Below are positions 1 to 9,820 of a stretch of 64,000 nt of DNA, one piece after another; position 1 is the stretch's first letter; each line of letters begins with the position of its first letter. The position numbers and the translations under genes were made by a program. Location of the stretch: NCBI GenBank assembly GCA_965222715.1, contig OZ244961.1, positions 462,277 through 526,276 on the forward strand, in the 5' to 3' direction. Source of the DNA: Minisyncoccota bacterium. Its GTDB lineage: Bacteria > Patescibacteriota > Minisyncoccia > Phycocordibacterales > JABMNX01. The notes under the pieces were generated by a model. The model was not told where the DNA came from and searched no databases. It saw nothing but the letters and a program-made list of their open reading frames with translations.

Positions 1-205
1 AAAGAATGACGCCGTTATACCCAGCATCACCAAATACTACATTTGATCCCTCGCCAAGAATATAGAGTGGAAGATTATTTTTATGTGCAAACGTGCACGC
101 TTCAAGGAGATCTTGTTCATTTTCTACTATGATACAAAATTGAGCAGGACCACCGAGGCGAAAAGTTGTTATGTCGCGAAGCAAAACCTGCTCTTGTATA
201 ACCAT
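1..205 (-). CDS. murB: UDP-N-acetylenolpyruvoylglucosamine reductase (MurB), N-terminal part; gene continues beyond window start
   Basis: Minus-strand translation from the ATG at 203-205 reads MVIQEQVLLRDITTFRLGGPAQFCIIVENEQDLLEACTFAHKNNLPLYILGEGSNVVFGD... The TTFR-GGPA FAD-binding N-terminal signature of MurB is present. The ORF runs off the window. Confidence 0.5.
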   Translation of the reverse strand, partial: MVIQEQVLLRDITTFRLGGPAQFCIIVENEQDLLEACTFAHKNNLPLYILGEGSNVVFGDAGYNGVIL

Positions 206-387
206 AGTATTGCGTCAAGAAATGGAGAGCGGGTGCGAGCTCCAAAAAAATCTAATGTGAGTGCCGCCGCCCTCCATTTCTTGAAACAATGACATGTCAT
301 AAGTACATATCTGCGGACGTTCACAGTATACCCTAGACCTGCTACATAGAAAACTCTTACAACATAACAAGTGCTGTAACTATATAA

Positions 388-418
388 ACGCAAAACCCGC
401 CAGAGGCGGGGCTTACGC
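388..418. terminator. GC-rich hairpin (CCCGCC-AGAG-GCGGG) with flanking T/A runs; likely terminator for the 512-2719 gene
   Basis: Inverted repeat seen directly. On the minus strand it is followed by TTTTGCGTTT. Confidence 0.45.
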
Positions 419-511
419 AGATTTTTTTTGAAGCCACAACTTATGTGGCACTCACATTATGAGTATAGCATATTCTCAAAAATATGCAACCCCTCCCCCT
501 TATACACAATA

Positions 512-2719
512 TTACGGGTTTCTTCCTGCCTGAATCTCTTTGATAAGAAACTCCCCTTGTTCTTTAAATGATGGGTCTATTTGTATTGCATTCTGTAGTT
601 CTCTTACTGCGCCCACTCGATCGTTTAATTGAAGTAATGATGCTGCAAGACCAAGTCGTACTTGAATGTTCTGAGGATTTTTCTCTACTCGAAGTGCCCA
701 GATATCTCGAACTCGAGTAAATTCTTGATTATTAAAGTACGCTCGCAACAGGGTGTCATTATCAACAACAACCGAACCGAACTCAGGTACTAAGATTTCT
801 TCGAGTAACTGGGCATCTCTTGAGTAAATAGCACCAACAGCATAGAAGATACGTGCCTGCCGAGATTGATTGGTAAGCTTGTATGCATTTTTAAATATAT
901 CGAGCGCTGCAGTAATATCTCCTCGACTAATTGCATTGAGACCAAGCTGGAAGAGAATGGTTGGCTTTTGTGGAGAGAGCTCATCAGCGCGTTCTAAATA
1001 CGGGAGTGCTTCTTCATGTTGACTGAACGCATCAAGAAGTGTACCCATGAATACTTGTGTACGCGCATCATTAGGTACTGCATGTAGTTGTTTTTGCATC
1101 TCGGTTCGCGCAAGTGAGAGATACTGTTGCCGTATCTCTATATCAACCTGTTCACTACCAGCAATACGTGAAGCTGACTGAGCAATTTGTTCTCGTATCT
1201 CTTGATCGCCAAATGAATTATATGAGAGGGCCTGTTTAAAATGAGTAAGTTGTGCTTCCGTCCCTGGTTGTGTTGCAAGCGCATCAAGAAGTGTACTTGC
1301 TGCAAGGACTCCTTTTGTATTAATGACGTGCACCATAAACAACGTCGCGATGATAATGACCGGAAGATACACTCGGGTAATAAGCCCAGTATCCCTGATG
1401 CCAGTTTCTTTTGTATTGAGCCGCTCTAGATAATGCCCTTTAGTGCTCTCTCGATATGAGAAGTATATGAAAGCAAGAATAGTAAAGAAGAGGATGTAAC
1501 TCATAATATTATCGAACACAAAGAGGTTATGAAATGTGTAGGCAGCAAAGAGTCCTGTGATAACACTCTTTTCAGGTACTGAGAAGAAAGTATTCTTTTT
1601 TCGCCATAGATAGAACAGTGCGGTGAGAAAGATAGATACATACGCGAGAAAGCCAAGTACCCCACCTGCAATAAGCCAGTCGAAGACAACATTATGCACT
1701 CGATCAAACCACTGCTCTTGGGCATAGAGTTCGGGCTTATAGTATGTGTTAAACACAAAGTTAAAGTTTTCCTGTCCCCACCCAAGAAGTGGCCGCTCTT
1801 TTACCCCCTCGATTGCAAGACTCCATACCTGGAAACGCGCGTCAACCGTTCCGCTTGAAAGTGAGAGGGTTGCAAAACGGCTCAGTACTGGTGAAGTTTG
1901 TGCAAACTGCGTATCTTTTATTAAAAAGAATCCACCAACAAGCACGAGAACTGCTACCACGCTTCCTATTGCAACTTTTTGTAATACCTTTCGTTTTCGT
2001 TCAAAAAGTGCAATAAGAAGGCCGGTAAAGAGTACGCCGCCAAGTAATCCTAAAATAGCTCCACGAGTTGCCGTAAAGTAGACCATGAGCACTTGAAGTG
2101 CAACCAGTCCGCCATATACAAAATACCCATACCGTTCGCTCTTATACCGAATCATGAGGAGTGCCGTTATAAAGACATGGAACACCATGTAGATTGCGAG
2201 GTATGTTGCATTACCAAATGTTGCATCAAGTCGCACCCCTCCTTGATTAATAGTAATGAAGCCTAGTAACTGGAAAAGCCCATATATACCGAGAAGCCCA
2301 CTTACTCCAACAGAGGTGTTGAGTAGTCGATTCCATAACTTTTCTGTATTCAAAACGGTTCCAATTATAAGAAAGTACACGAGTAGGTGGACTAGGGTTA
2401 CTAATCCTTCCATTCGCTCAAAGTTACTCCAGATACTTTTAAGTGGGTGCTCACCAAAAATATCAGCTACCGCAATAATACCCACAAACGCAGTGATTGC
2501 TGCCAGAAGCCATGAAAACCGAGGTCGATACGCTGGGTTATAGAGCATCAACAGCACCCACGCACCTAGCATGAGTTCAACAAGTATACGAAAGGCGAAA
2601 TTTTTTCCTGTAATAAAAGGGAAAAAGAGTGAAAAAGAAATAATAAGTGGAATAAAGGGTATAAGAAATGTCCCTACCAATACCACGTACCGCGCCCATT
2701 TTTCAGCCACAGAATTCAT
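512..2719 (-). CDS. O-antigen ligase (Wzy/WaaL)-like polytopic membrane protein with C-terminal TPR repeats
   Basis: 735 aa. At least 10 hydrophobic helices in the N-terminal ~420 aa. The C-terminal ~250 aa carries TPR-like repeats (LGLNAISRGDITAALDIFKNAYKL...). Confidence 0.5.
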   Translation of the reverse strand: MNSVAEKWARYVVLVGTFLIPFIPLIISFSLFFPFITGKNFAFRILVELMLGAWVLLMLYNPAYRPRFSWLLAAITAFVGIIAVADIFGEHPLKSIWSNFERMEGLVTLVHLLVYFLIIGTVLNTEKLWNRLLNTSVGVSGLLGIYGLFQLLGFITINQGGVRLDATFGNATYLAIYMVFHVFITALLMIRYKSERYGYFVYGGLVALQVLMVYFTATRGAILGLLGGVLFTGLLIALFERKRKVLQKVAIGSVVAVLVLVGGFFLIKDTQFAQTSPVLSRFATLSLSSGTVDARFQVWSLAIEGVKERPLLGWGQENFNFVFNTYYKPELYAQEQWFDRVHNVVFDWLIAGGVLGFLAYVSIFLTALFYLWRKKNTFFSVPEKSVITGLFAAYTFHNLFVFDNIMSYILFFTILAFIYFSYRESTKGHYLERLNTKETGIRDTGLITRVYLPVIIIATLFMVHVINTKGVLAASTLLDALATQPGTEAQLTHFKQALSYNSFGDQEIREQIAQSASRIAGSEQVDIEIRQQYLSLARTEMQKQLHAVPNDARTQVFMGTLLDAFSQHEEALPYLERADELSPQKPTILFQLGLNAISRGDITAALDIFKNAYKLTNQSRQARIFYAVGAIYSRDAQLLEEILVPEFGSVVVDNDTLLRAYFNNQEFTRVRDIWALRVEKNPQNIQVRLGLAASLLQLNDRVGAVRELQNAIQIDPSFKEQGEFLIKEIQAGRNP

Positions 2720-2763
2720 GATTGTCTACAACTGTACCACCTTTCACTCCCCTATACCAGGCG

Positions 2764-3729
2764 CTAGCGTAAGGTGTTTTCTATAATATCGTGCATGTGC
2801 ACAAGTGCTATTGGCTTCCGTTCATCAGAAACTAAAAAAAGTGTAGTGACTTTATACTCTTCCATTTGGGATAATGCTTCTTTAAGACTTGCCTCTTGCG
2901 TAATTACGCGAGGATTCGGTGTCATCATGTCTTGAGCAGTTTTATTCTCTACATTCTTTTCTTTAAGTAAGAAGCGTCGTATATCTCCATCAGTAATTAT
3001 TCCAACTAAAGTTCCTTTTGAATCTATAACACCAGTGACTCCAAATTTCTTATCGGTCATCTCTACAAGCACCTCATGAAATGAATGAGACACCTCAACA
3101 AGTGGGAGTGTTATATCTTTTTGTATAACATCAGCTACTTTTGTAAAACTAAGACCAAGACTCCCACTTGGATGAAATTGTGCAAAATGTTTCTGCTCAA
3201 ATACTTCTGGAGAAGTAAGACCAGAAGCTAGGAGATCACCAACTACTAGTGTTGCCGCAGTACTTGCCATTGGCGCAGCATTAATTGGACACCCCTCATT
3301 ATCTATTTGTATATCGATACTTGATTCAGATATGGTGGCAAGTGTACTAGTGCTGCAACCAGTAATACTAACCACTTTAACCTCAAGGCTTTTTTCTAAA
3401 TATTGCACCAGACGAACAACTTCTTTTGTTTCGCCAGAAAATGAAATGGCTATAAGCACATCTCCTTTTGTCACAATACCTAAATCGCCGTGAACCGCTT
3501 CAACGGGATGTATAAAGACAGAAGGGTGACCAAGACTAGTGAGTGTCGCACTAATCTTCATACCAATAAAACCAGATTTGCCGATACCAGTAACTACGAT
3601 TTTTCCTGATCGTTTTTGAATGAGATCAATAGCTTCAATAATATGGGGTATCGAATTCTCAAGGTTAGTAACGCCAGATATCTCGCTCTCTAAAGTGCTG
3701 CGTATTCTTGATTCTATCGTTTTGTGCAT
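2764..3729 (-). CDS. KpsF/GutQ-family arabinose-5-phosphate isomerase (SIS domain + tandem CBS domains)
   Basis: VVTGIGKSGFIGMKISATLTSLGHPSVFIHPVEAVHGDLGIV is a typical SIS phosphosugar-binding motif. The C-terminal CBS pair (GVIDSKGTLVGIITDGDIRR) is present. Confidence 0.7.
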   Translation of the reverse strand: MHKTIESRIRSTLESEISGVTNLENSIPHIIEAIDLIQKRSGKIVVTGIGKSGFIGMKISATLTSLGHPSVFIHPVEAVHGDLGIVTKGDVLIAISFSGETKEVVRLVQYLEKSLEVKVVSITGCSTSTLATISESSIDIQIDNEGCPINAAPMASTAATLVVGDLLASGLTSPEVFEQKHFAQFHPSGSLGLSFTKVADVIQKDITLPLVEVSHSFHEVLVEMTDKKFGVTGVIDSKGTLVGIITDGDIRRFLLKEKNVENKTAQDMMTPNPRVITQEASLKEALSQMEEYKVTTLFLVSDERKPIALVHMHDIIENTLR

Positions 3730-3905
3730 TTGGCTACCCTTTAATTGGTAAAGTAATTAGTAAAGTGTATTCACTGTAATATATGTCTTGATTAATTAAT
3801 ACAGTATAACCTTTTGTATCACACAAAAGTTATATGGAAGAACTAGTTCATCTGATATTTTAGACGTATAGGAAATAGACCTCCTATCCCCTATAATCAG
3901 AAAGC

Positions 3906-5150
3906 ATGGTAAAAATGCGCAATAAAATATACTCAGCCCTTAGGTGGAGTGAGAAATATACAAAAACCGATATGCTCTACCTCACCAAAGGCGGTTTTTG
4001 GTTATTCTTCGGACAAGCTCTCGGTGTGTTTGTTTCACTTCTTTTGGCCATTGCATTTGCAAATTTAATTGAACCAGAGAAGTACGGAAACTATAAATAT
4101 GTACTTTCACTTGCTGCTATCATTGGTGCATTTTCATTAACAGGACTAAGTACAGCGGTTGTTCGAGCAGCAGCTCGCGGTGACGAGGGGACTCTTAAAT
4201 ATGCTTATAGACTTTCACTACTCTGGAGTGTAGGGATGATTCTCATATCAGGAATTGGTTCAATATATTACTTTCTAAATGAAAATTATTTTCTTTCGTT
4301 TTCACTTATTGTTATAGGTGCCACATCTCCTGTTATTTCTGCCAGTTCTTTATATAGACCATTTCTTTCTGGAAAGAAATTGTTTAAAGAGATGGCATTG
4401 TATGGTGTGCTACAAAGTACACTACCAAACATTGCGGTACTTTTAGGTATATTGATGCGCGCAGAACTTATTTACCTTGTCTGCCTATATTTTCTTACAA
4501 ATGCTATTACCGTATTCTTTCTTTACCAAAAGACTAAAAATTTTGTAGAAAACGAGCACATTGATACACAGAAAACACTACATATTGGCAAACATTTAAC
4601 GGTAATGGGCATTATGTCAAACATAGGAGGAAGGCTTGATAGTATTCTTATCTTCCAACTACTTGGTGGGGCGGAGCTTGCTATATACTCTCTTGCAGTT
4701 ACTTTCCCAGACTTAATTCGCGGTTCATTAAAAAATATTACATCTCTTGCCATACCCAAATTTGCACAGAAAACAAAAAGCGAGATGAAGTATGCGGTTT
4801 GGAGTAAAATGGGTATCTTTCTTTTGGTATCAGGAATAGTTGTTATTATGTATATCTTTTCTGCTCCTTATATTTTTAAGTTTCTTTTTCCTCAATACCT
4901 TGTGTCAATACAGTTTAGTCAGATATATGCACTATCGATTCTCACATCTTTCGTGCTTGCATCTGCATATTTTGATTCACAAGTTGCTGTAAAAGAGCGA
5001 TATATACTTAGTGTTACTAACAATGTAAATAAGATTATCGCAGTAGTTCTTGGAGTGTATTTTTTTGGTATTTGGGGGGCGATAGCTGCACGTTTAATTA
5101 CTCAAGTAATTAACTTTGCCCTTTCTGGAATTCTTATTTACCGAAACTAA
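3906..5150 (+). CDS. Wzx-like polysaccharide flippase (MOP/Polysacc_synt family)
   Basis: 414 aa with ~12 TM helices. Typical flippase topology and glycine-rich helices. Confidence 0.5.
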   Translation: MVKMRNKIYSALRWSEKYTKTDMLYLTKGGFWLFFGQALGVFVSLLLAIAFANLIEPEKYGNYKYVLSLAAIIGAFSLTGLSTAVVRAAARGDEGTLKYAYRLSLLWSVGMILISGIGSIYYFLNENYFLSFSLIVIGATSPVISASSLYRPFLSGKKLFKEMALYGVLQSTLPNIAVLLGILMRAELIYLVCLYFLTNAITVFFLYQKTKNFVENEHIDTQKTLHIGKHLTVMGIMSNIGGRLDSILIFQLLGGAELAIYSLAVTFPDLIRGSLKNITSLAIPKFAQKTKSEMKYAVWSKMGIFLLVSGIVVIMYIFSAPYIFKFLFPQYLVSIQFSQIYALSILTSFVLASAYFDSQVAVKERYILSVTNNVNKIIAVVLGVYFFGIWGAIAARLITQVINFALSGILIYRN

Positions 5151-5157
5151 GTTAAAC

Positions 5158-5868
5158 TTACTTTAGTAAATTTAAAAGTTTTTCTTTAATCTTTTCTAGA
5201 GATGTTTTTTCCTTCTCAAAGACAACAGTAAATATTTTTCTAACTACATTTTCTGGACACAACAAAGGCTCGACTGCATGCCAAGAATGATTCGTTCGAG
5301 TAAATAACAAGCTATAATTCTCACGATACGGGACCAGAATCTTTTCTGGAAAATCAGAAATGTCTGGCGCCGAATCACAGTTGAATTTTTCTTTATCATC
5401 TAAAATTATTGTCTCTCCACCCCACTCTTCTTCCCAGTTATCATCTGCGTTGAAATAAAATATGTGTGAACCCAACTTATTCTTACTATCACAATGAGGA
5501 GAAACAGAGCAGCCATTTACCGAATATTGCCATTGAAATCGCATATTGAAATTACGTGTACCAAACAGTCGCTCAACTTGAGTGCGGTATTCTCCTTCAC
5601 CTAACTCTCTTATAAATGAGTTCCATTCTTTAGAAACCCCAAGACTCTTCTCATATTTTAATTCATAACGATTGTGTGGCTTCTGACCATAGCCACGTTC
5701 TATGTTAAACGTCTTTGTAAAAAGAGAAATATCTGGAAGATTTTTTTCCAATTCATTAAAACCCTCCTTTGTGATTAAGTGCCTAAACACATGCCACGGA
5801 TATGGCTTTTTGCCTCTATATTCATCTCCAGAAATAGAGCTAAGTTTTGTGGTATCTATAAATTTCAT
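5158..5868 (-). CDS. 2OG-Fe(II) oxygenase superfamily protein
   Basis: H-x-D (SPHCDSK) ... H (HSWHAV) facial-triad arrangement in a ~230 aa soluble protein. Confidence 0.4.
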   Translation of the reverse strand: MKFIDTTKLSSISGDEYRGKKPYPWHVFRHLITKEGFNELEKNLPDISLFTKTFNIERGYGQKPHNRYELKYEKSLGVSKEWNSFIRELGEGEYRTQVERLFGTRNFNMRFQWQYSVNGCSVSPHCDSKNKLGSHIFYFNADDNWEEEWGGETIILDDKEKFNCDSAPDISDFPEKILVPYRENYSLLFTRTNHSWHAVEPLLCPENVVRKIFTVVFEKEKTSLEKIKEKLLNLLK

Positions 5869-6641
5869 GCTCTTTCAAAAATGTAGTTTTTGACCCCATT
5901 ACCTAATTCAAATTCATTAACAACATTGAAACTGTACTTTTTTACAATTTCAAATATTTCTTTTTTTTTCTCATCTTCAATTTCAATAAGCAAATGTTTA
6001 AGATTTTTATGAGCAAGTGTATTTTTGGCACCATTAAGTACATTAATTTCTGCACCATCAACATCAATCTTTATCATTGTTGGAATTGGAATATTAAAAA
6101 TACGTACACACTCATCAAGACTCATGACTAATAACTGTTGAGTACATGCATCTTTTTTCCTTTGGAATTCACTGAAAGTATGTGTTGCCCCCGAGGAGTT
6201 ATCGTCTAAAGAAAATGATTGAATAATGTTACCTACACCTAACACAAATGGAAGAGGTGTTATATTTCTATTTAATTTGTTAAGGAATATATTATCTTGA
6301 AGCGTTTCTATGTTTTTATACGACGGTTCAAACGCATAGACTTCTATCCCCAAAGATCCAGCAATGAGACTGTATGCACCGATATTTGCACCGATATCAT
6401 AAAAAACAGATTTTTTTTCACCACAAGATTCAAGCCAATTCACTGTCTCAGGTTCTTTTTTAACGCTATTTGCTCGAGTGTAGTATTCACGTAATGTCTG
6501 AGTTGTTATGTATATATCTTTCTTTGCATAATCAAGCTTTCTTACACCATACCAATGGCTTACAAGGCGCTTTATTTTAAAAACACCTAATAAAAATTTC
6601 CATTGAATTTGTTTAATTATAGCCATAAATATGCTATACAC
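5865..6641 (-). CDS. FkbM-family SAM-dependent methyltransferase
   Basis: VFYDIGANIGAYSLIAGSLGIEVYAFEPSYKNIETL matches the FkbM motif. Overlaps the upstream gene by 4 nt. Confidence 0.6.
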   Translation of the reverse strand: MYSIFMAIIKQIQWKFLLGVFKIKRLVSHWYGVRKLDYAKKDIYITTQTLREYYTRANSVKKEPETVNWLESCGEKKSVFYDIGANIGAYSLIAGSLGIEVYAFEPSYKNIETLQDNIFLNKLNRNITPLPFVLGVGNIIQSFSLDDNSSGATHTFSEFQRKKDACTQQLLVMSLDECVRIFNIPIPTMIKIDVDGAEINVLNGAKNTLAHKNLKHLLIEIEDEKKKEIFEIVKKYSFNVVNEFELGNGVKNYIFERA

Positions 6642-6658
6642 TATAGCATAGCGGTACC

Positions 6659-7543
6659 ATGAGAGTACTTACCAAAGAACAAAGAGATTTTTTTCATAAA
6701 AATGGGTATCTTCACCTAAAGAGTTTTTTTACACAAGAGGAAGTGGTGAGTTTCAGAAAAGGATGTCAATTAGACAAACCTGGTGATTCTATGTGTACAC
6801 AAGAATTTAGACACATCATGTTTTCACCTAAAATTATTGGTGTCATGAAAGACATTCTTGGAGAAGAAATTATTTATCCAGGACTCTCTTTAACTCGTAC
6901 AGGAGATTCTCCAAAGAAAGTAGGTAGTCGCAAGTTTCATGCCGATACCGAAGGAGATGATCTAGAGTTCTCTCATCCCTACCCAGTGATTAATACTGGG
7001 ATCTACCTACAAGACCACAAGAACTATAGTGGGTGTCTTAAAATAAGTCCAGGTTCACATAAGTGGCCATGTGTACTTACAGAATCAATTACTCAATCTC
7101 TTAAATTAATTATCAAAAGTCTTCTTAGAGGAGAATTTAAAAAAGCCTATAACATACTGAATTTGCATAAATCAGTGAATATACCATCAGAAGCAGGTGA
7201 TCTGATTATTTGGTATGTTCGCACACATCATTCAGGATATGGCGTGCGACTTAAATTTTTTAAAAATATCTCTCTTCCACCCGTAATTGAAAATTGGATA
7301 CCTTCTTTTTTGCGACTTCCTGATAATCCGAAGCGCGATGTTATGCTCTCAATATTCACTGCACCAAGTAAATATTTAGAAGAATATATTAGAGTACAAA
7401 TTAACAAAGACCGCCGCATTAATCACTACCTACATAATAAATGTCTAGATTCCCCTAAAATACAAAAAATGGCAGAGGAAGCTGGGATTGTAATTCGGAA
7501 CGATGGGTATTATAGAGCATTAAAAATAAATTCTAAGTCCTAA
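6659..7543 (+). CDS. Phytanoyl-CoA dioxygenase (PhyH)-family 2OG oxygenase
   Basis: N-terminal LTKEQRDFFHKNGYLHL. HxD (KFHADTEGDD) plus distal His (GSHKWP, HHSGYG). Confidence 0.45.
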   Translation: MRVLTKEQRDFFHKNGYLHLKSFFTQEEVVSFRKGCQLDKPGDSMCTQEFRHIMFSPKIIGVMKDILGEEIIYPGLSLTRTGDSPKKVGSRKFHADTEGDDLEFSHPYPVINTGIYLQDHKNYSGCLKISPGSHKWPCVLTESITQSLKLIIKSLLRGEFKKAYNILNLHKSVNIPSEAGDLIIWYVRTHHSGYGVRLKFFKNISLPPVIENWIPSFLRLPDNPKRDVMLSIFTAPSKYLEEYIRVQINKDRRINHYLHNKCLDSPKIQKMAEEAGIVIRNDGYYRALKINSKS

Positions 7544-8259
7544 TTTTCTTTTCTTATATAAACAAATAAACCAGCTGAAAAAAGTCCCGGCAAAATTTTA
7601 TTGAGGATAGGCACACCTTTATAGGAATATATTTTGTAATTTGTATACTGCTGTGCATTAAGCCACCATTTCATATCATTAAATGTCCAGAATCGTAAGT
7701 GTTCTGAAGGTGAAATTGACCACTGAGCTGGGAACTTACCAAACAGTAGACGCAGACGATAAGTAATGTACCCTGAGTTGGGAACCGAGAAAAAGACCGC
7801 TTTTTGTGATTTTCTATACGCCTCTTGAAGTGTTATCTCTGCACTCGGGATATGCTCGAGCACTTCAAATAAAAGATATATATCTGCTTCTGGCAATTTC
7901 TTAAAGTCTTCTTTTGAGACAATATTACTGTGAAAAGTCTTAATGCCTAATTTTTCCACCAAAGAAAGAGCAACTTCTGAAATATCAACCCCAATAACAT
8001 TGGTGAGCGATCTCTTTTTTTTAAGAAAATATAACAACCCCCCATCGCCACACCCAATATCAACCACGCTTGGATCTTCATTTTCCTTAATATATTTTTG
8101 TACAAATCTCACCCGCTCAACCTGCCAGTCATTTAAACCTGGTTCTCCATCAGGTCTTCGTGAAAGCCAGTAGTTATCATTGTTTTGCGTATCCTCTTGA
8201 GATATTTTCTTTTTGGGATAGAGGAAAATATCTTTTATGGTTTTTTTTAGTAGATGCAT
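7540..8259 (-). CDS. Class I SAM-dependent methyltransferase
   Basis: Motif I VVDIGCGDGGLLYFL. Confidence 0.6.
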   Translation of the reverse strand: MHLLKKTIKDIFLYPKKKISQEDTQNNDNYWLSRRPDGEPGLNDWQVERVRFVQKYIKENEDPSVVDIGCGDGGLLYFLKKKRSLTNVIGVDISEVALSLVEKLGIKTFHSNIVSKEDFKKLPEADIYLLFEVLEHIPSAEITLQEAYRKSQKAVFFSVPNSGYITYRLRLLFGKFPAQWSISPSEHLRFWTFNDMKWWLNAQQYTNYKIYSYKGVPILNKILPGLFSAGLFVYIRKEN

Positions 8260-8281
8260 ACTCTTTCTATAATTCTGAATA

Positions 8282-9751
8282 CTACTTTAGCTCATTTTTA
8301 TATGTAATTGACTCTAATACATTTTTTAACAGTACTTTATTAGAACCAAACAATCTATCTTTGCGTTTTTCTGTAACCTCTTTTGGGGTCTTATAGAGAG
8401 CTTCAATCTTAAAACAAATATTTTCCAAGTTCAACCAATCAGCCAGATCATTAGCCACCATGCCTTCACCATAATCTGACGATGTTTTGAGCAAGGCAAT
8501 TGGTTTTTCGTACGCTATAAGATCATATAATAAAGTGGAGTACACTCCAACCGCTACGTCAACTTGGGCTATCGCCTCTTTCATATCTTCTAAAATTAGA
8601 ACACTAGTGTCCCCAGTAAGGTTGTATTCATCAAGCTGTTCCTTTTTTGAAACACCTGGCTTAACTTTAAATATAAGTTGAATATTAGAGCAGTTTTTTA
8701 AAGCATCAATAAAATGTAGTACTTCTTCTCTAGGAATTTCTGATTCGTACGGGATGAGTACACGAATCTTATTGTTTATTTTTCCCACCTGCGAACTCTT
8801 CACTTCTCTTTCTTGGGCTGCTACATGAAGTTCGTCATCCGTAAAATACGTACCAAGTCGCTTTAGTTCATCTTTCCAGTATTCACTCCACAGATACAAA
8901 ACATCAGGTTTTATTATCTCTCCACTAAAAGAATCATTTGTAAGATATCCTACATGGTACTTAGTAAAATGTCCGTGCTGAAAGGCGTATGTTGGTATAT
9001 TATTTAGCTTACATGCAAGTATCAACTCATAATAATTTCTTACATCATCTATGGTAAATAGAGTTTTTATATTGGATAGTTTTATAATCTTAGTCAAAAT
9101 TTTTACCCTAAAAATAAAAAAAGGGATTCTGTTGAGATAAGATAAAATTATTGGTTCAAACAACTCTTTCTCTTTTTTTGAGATATTTTGAGGATATATT
9201 AAATCACTTTCTTTTACCTTCTCTTCTGGTTTAAGAATATGAAAAAAAGAAAGTATTGAAAAAACAAAATCGATAGACTCTAAATAGATTGCTGGTCGTA
9301 ATCTTTTAAATATATTTATAATAGACGTTTTACTTGGTATGGTATGAAAAAACTCGACGTATTTTATAGAATTTTCGTCTAAGAAAGTGTAAACGCTCTC
9401 CAGTCTCATGTCGTTCCGTGAAGTTTTTGAGCTCACTTTGTCAACGGAGTATACACCTACTCTCCTTTTTGAAATTACAAGGAAAACTACGGAGAAAAAA
9501 GAATATGCCGCAAGAAAAATGTGTAGTAAAAAAACACGGCAATATCCTAAAAGACTAAAACTGGTATGAGCATCTTTTCCTGTCCTCAACTCATTAAATA
9601 GTAATGTGACCTGAAAACAATGCCAAACATTATATTTCCCATATAACACAAAGGATGAAAGTGGGTTATTTCTATACCTAACTTTATTTAGTTTTGCAAG
9701 TTGTTTTAGAGCTCTTTTTAGGTCGAGTGATTTCTTGGAAAAGTATTCCAT
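8282..9751 (-). CDS. Hypothetical membrane-anchored polysaccharide-biosynthesis protein (possibly TagF/capsule-synthesis-like)
   Basis: 489 aa. N-terminal hydrophobic segment. C-terminal region has YAFQHGHFTKYHVGYL. Family assignment is uncertain. Confidence 0.3.
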   Translation of the reverse strand: MEYFSKKSLDLKRALKQLAKLNKVRYRNNPLSSFVLYGKYNVWHCFQVTLLFNELRTGKDAHTSFSLLGYCRVFLLHIFLAAYSFFSVVFLVISKRRVGVYSVDKVSSKTSRNDMRLESVYTFLDENSIKYVEFFHTIPSKTSIINIFKRLRPAIYLESIDFVFSILSFFHILKPEEKVKESDLIYPQNISKKEKELFEPIILSYLNRIPFFIFRVKILTKIIKLSNIKTLFTIDDVRNYYELILACKLNNIPTYAFQHGHFTKYHVGYLTNDSFSGEIIKPDVLYLWSEYWKDELKRLGTYFTDDELHVAAQEREVKSSQVGKINNKIRVLIPYESEIPREEVLHFIDALKNCSNIQLIFKVKPGVSKKEQLDEYNLTGDTSVLILEDMKEAIAQVDVAVGVYSTLLYDLIAYEKPIALLKTSSDYGEGMVANDLADWLNLENICFKIEALYKTPKEVTEKRKDRLFGSNKVLLKNVLESITYKNELK

Positions 9752-9820
9752 GGATATTTTATAAACTAAATTTTGAGTACTATCAAATGCCCTTCTATTT
9801 AGTGTATACTAAAATTTATT

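Noticed and set aside
83-393. ORFs 83-292 (+) and 169-393 (-) at the window start
   Set aside because: They overlap the better-supported partial murB frame (1-205, minus) and its upstream region. No motifs, and the composition is typical of out-of-frame translation.
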